Source: Alphaproteobacteria bacterium
GTDB lineage: Bacteria; Pseudomonadota; Alphaproteobacteria; UBA828
Length of the DNA stretch: 64,000 nucleotides
Direction: 5' to 3'
Assembly: GCA_965214705.1 (NCBI GenBank)
Contig: OZ243972.1
Location: 384,001 to 448,000 of the forward strand
Of this stretch, positions 60,866-64,000 are shown in pieces. The position numbers were made by a program, and so were the translations under genes. Below the pieces are notes generated by a model that did not search any database, was not told the origin of the DNA, and saw nothing but the letters and a program-made list of their open reading frames with translations. Positions within the stretch are counted from its first letter, which is position 1. Each line of letters starts with the position of its first letter.

Positions 60866-62353
60866 AAGGCTTATCCCTCTGGGTCCGGTTGCACAAGATG
60901 TTGGGGGGGGGGGTCTTTGCGAACGGGGTGGACGAGGCGCGGGGCTCACGGGCCTGGAAAGGCGCTGTCGGAGCCGTCCGGCGAGTTGGGAAGCCGCTGT
61001 GGCGGCGCCGATCGGATTGGCTCGGCGAGCGTCGTCGTCGGCCGGCCGCTGGGATCAGGCGCGTTGTTCGACGATGTCGCGGTAGCTGGCGGGTGGCACT
61101 CGGGTGCCGATGGCGAGCAGGGTGTCGAAGGCCGCCGCAGTGTGGCGGCGGCGGTTCCATCGGAACACGAACTCGTCGAGGTAGCGGGGCAGATGGGCGC
61201 GGCGCAGGCCATGGAAGGTGCCGAGCGCCCAGCGTTTCAGGTTCGAGAACACGCGATGGGTCCACTTGAGCACGAGATGGGCGGGCGTCTCGCCGACCAC
61301 CCTGGGCTCGTGGTCGTGCTCGGACAGGCCGCCATAGCCGCTCCAGCCGTCGGTGATCACCAGCGCGCCCGGCGCCGAGGTCTCGGCAACGAAGGCGTGA
61401 AGGCTGGCTGCGGAGAAATCCTCGATCGGCGCCAGCCGGATGCGACGCGGCTCGCCCGCAGGCGACAGCTCGACCGCGCCGGCAATCGGCATCTTGCCTT
61501 GCGCGGTGTGCAACGGCAGCGAGGCTTCGTCGATCTCGACCAAGTCCTCAAGAAGGCTGCGCTCGGGATCGACCATGGCGCGGCGCAGCTTGTGCAGCAG
61601 CAGCCACGCACTCTTGTAGCTGCCGAGCCCGAGCTGGGGCCTGGAGTTGCAGGGCGAAGATGCCGTTCGAGTGGCTGCTCACGATATGCGCAGCCGTGAA
61701 CCAGGTCTTCAAGGACAGATGGCTGCGGTGCATGATCGTGCCCGCGGTCACCGAGGTCTGCTTGCCGCAGGCCGCACATTCCCAACTCGCTCGCCCCCGC
61801 TTCAACCCCCAGCCCTTGTCATGGCCGCAGGCGGGACAGACGAAACCGTCGGGCCATCGCTGGGCCGCAAGGTGCTTCGCACAGGCTTCGTCGTCGGGAA
61901 AGCGCGCCTCGAAAGCGGCGCGGGACATGGGGCGGTCGTTTTTCCAGCGGCTGGGCATGCCCAGAACATTACACGAACACTCAGCCCCTGACAACTCTCA
62001 TCTCAACATCTTGTCAGGGCTCGTTTTTTGTCCGACAAGGCGCGGCGTGGGCATGTTCAGCGACCCATTTTGGGACGCATTTTGTTGTCTGAGCGCCGGT
62101 TTGGGCCTCGTGTGAGGTAGAACCAACCGTGCCTATCCGCTTGTCACATACACCCGCTAGGGATGGGGTGTGGGCAGAATGGACGTGAGTGGACGCATCC
62201 TAGATGTAGTGGCTGTCTGCGCTAACCGGATAGGCACGGAACCAATTTCGCGGGCGGCCACTCCGCACTGATTCCTGGCACTCGATGACGACAAAAAATT
62301 GGTCCTGTCTCATCTCAGCATCTTGTGCAACCGGACCCAGAGGGATAAACCTT
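60866..62353 (-). mobile_element. IS1595-family element (frameshifted transposase about 61055-61958); shares TIRs with the 167-bp MITE
   Basis: TIR AAGGCTTATCCCTCTGGGTCCGGTTGCACAAGATG / CATCTTGTGCAACCGGACCCAGAGGGATAAACCTT; RWPDGFVCPACG, VEIDE, TDGWSGY, YLDEFVFRWNRR; flanks do not match, so no TSD. Confidence 0.85.
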
Positions 62354-62600
62354 CCGTACTTTACGGCACGTGTTCTCGTGAGCGCCCCGTTCCCGGCAAG
62401 GAAGCGGCGGACTTCATCCTCGCCCACCGTGTCACAGTCCCTGTCCTCTCCGATCCGGCGACAGAACGTATCGAGGGTCTCGGCGCTTGAGCGGAACTTG
62501 GTGCCGTGGTCACGCTGCCACGCAACATAGCGGTCAACGGCCTCACGCAGCGTCATCGAGCAGCTCCTTCAGGCAGATGTCGGCGACCGGGCGAAGCGAG
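62354..62600 (-). pseudogene. Fragment of an RIT-type recombinase operon (end of one gene, start of the next)
   Basis: LRPVADICLKELL overlapping MTLREAVDRYVAWQRDHGTKF...L..F, resembling RIT recombinase junctions. Confidence 0.55.
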
Positions 62601-62641
62601 CGCGATTATCCCCTTGACACGTCAGCACGGGAATCCTTAGC

Positions 62642-63133
62642 ATGACGGGATGCGTAAACATGCCGCTGTCGCCTCGGGAGAAATATCGGCTTTTTGGTGG
62701 AGGTGGAGTAGTGGAGGCCCTGGGAGTTTCTGTGCCCCTGGAGGCGTGGGCCGCTATGACAGCTATTGGCGTCGGGGGGTTGGTGGCTGTTTATGCGCGA
62801 GAGATGCAGGCGCTCGCGATGGGAATGTGGAGTGGTTTCCCGGACAGAAAATTCAAGGCTCTCCACGACGCCATTGTTGCAGAATTAGATCGGATTGAGA
62901 GAGGAAACCAAGAATCCGAGGCCGTGCGGATAGCCAAACGACAGGTTTTGGAAAGCAAGCTGAAGCGCCTGAAAATCCGCTGCCCCGCGCCGCAGAGCGA
63001 GGCCACATGGCGGATTTTCCTGATGCGCCTTTTGGTCTATTCGAACGATGGCGATGTGAAGAGCGCTCGTTCTTGGCTGGACAAGTTGGAGCAGCACATC
63101 GTTGAGCGCCAGATAATGAAGCGGGACGTCTAA
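62642..63133 (+). CDS. Hypothetical protein with N-terminal hydrophobic segment
   Basis: Lower-GC ORF; no family recognised; start uncertain. Confidence 0.45.
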   Translation: MTGCVNMPLSPREKYRLFGGGGVVEALGVSVPLEAWAAMTAIGVGGLVAVYAREMQALAMGMWSGFPDRKFKALHDAIVAELDRIERGNQESEAVRIAKRQVLESKLKRLKIRCPAPQSEATWRIFLMRLLVYSNDGDVKSARSWLDKLEQHIVERQIMKRDV

Positions 63134-63411
63134 TGAATCCTGGTCCGATGCCACACGTTCACAGTGAGGACGATCAAAGCGGCGGGTGCGGCGCTTGCTA
63201 CGAGCACGGTTGCAGCAAGTATCTCGCCGTAGCCTCTCATGGTGTTGATCCAGTGATAGTGAGGGACTGTCTTGGCACCCCGAACTGCCGGCAGACCTGT
63301 CAGTTCTCTCACAGCAACAAACAATTCGTCGATCAGAAAAATGGTCGCAAACCACCATGTCGATGCGGCGGCGAGACTGAACAGAAGGGTGATGAGCATC
63401 CTCGAAAACAT
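63130..63411 (-). CDS. Small hypothetical membrane protein
   Basis: Two hydrophobic stretches; convergent with the previous ORF. Confidence 0.35.
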   Translation of the reverse strand: MFSRMLITLLFSLAAASTWWFATIFLIDELFVAVRELTGLPAVRGAKTVPHYHWINTMRGYGEILAATVLVASAAPAALIVLTVNVWHRTRIH

Positions 63412-63636
63412 CGCAGTGCTCCCCGTCAGTCACGGCCCGACGTGGTGTCGGGCCGTTGTCATCGCCATGCGTGAAGCACAGGGACCCCGCCTATTCGCCT
63501 TGACCCGGGGAGCAACCCCAGGTCCGGTACAGGCTCTTGTATTCAACGGGCGACCCGACGCAGCGGGACGCATGGCGATGACAGGGGAAATGGTGGACCG
63601 GCTGGGGCCGGCTGTCTACCCCATCGGAGGACAGGC

Positions 63637-63966
63637 ATGACGGACGACGAAAAACGGGTCGAGACAGGTCGCCTCGTTGAGCGCTACGCGGAAATCAAGC
63701 GCACCATTGCGTGCTTGCGAAGCCGGCTCCGCGAGACGCAGCGCTCATTCGTTTCGATGGGGCAGGCTTTGAGAAATCCTGAAGAGATCGATCCGTCCCC
63801 TACAGCCAACGCCTATGATCTGATGGGGATGAGGGGCCAGCCTCGGGTCGTTATCGACGAGGCGCAGCTACGCGCCGATATCTCCGACCTCCGGGAGGCT
63901 CTGGATGAACGGGAGCGGATTGAGCGCGACCTGCGGCATATGAATCTCGGGGATGTTCTCGAATGA
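63637..63966 (+). CDS. Hypothetical helical protein
   Basis: GGAGGA RBS upstream, coiled-coil character, ATGA overlap into the next ORF at the window end. Confidence 0.55.
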   Translation: MTDDEKRVETGRLVERYAEIKRTIACLRSRLRETQRSFVSMGQALRNPEEIDPSPTANAYDLMGMRGQPRVVIDEAQLRADISDLREALDERERIERDLRHMNLGDVLE

Positions 63967-64000
63967 AGCCGGCTGACGTGCTGCCGCCCGAGATCGCGCG

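Noticed and set aside
1-64000. tRNA or rRNA genes as integration targets
   Set aside because: None recognised by eye.

Overview
GC-rich bacterial accessory region, almost entirely mobile DNA. It appears to hold two related integrative elements, each starting with a tandem pair of arm-binding tyrosine recombinases (57-2330 and 49598-51895). The first (about 1-45004) carries a type I-G (I-U) CRISPR-Cas locus with a 16-repeat array, a MOBF/TrwC relaxase, three paralogous ribbon-helix-helix genes and a conserved non-coding end that is duplicated in inverted orientation. Stress and nucleoid cargo (NnrS, triple cold-shock protein, HU-like protein, EEP nuclease) follows the second integrase pair. 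Nested insertions are frequent and most can be reconstructed from terminal inverted repeats (TIRs) and target-site duplications (TSDs): IS4, IS5/IS1182-like, IS91-like, three IS66, two IS630, IS110, IS3, IS1634, two IS1595 and an IS1595-derived MITE. The most unusual items are: (i) an IS66 with group II intron sequence at both ends (one complete ORF-less ribozyme, one inverted partial copy); (ii) an ORF-less 890-bp TG...CA element inserted twice in one gene; (iii) an IS66 carrying a translationally coupled adenine methyltransferase; (iv) a cas1 split by IS66 but possibly rescued by an in-frame ATG in the IS end. All calls were made by eye, without database searches.
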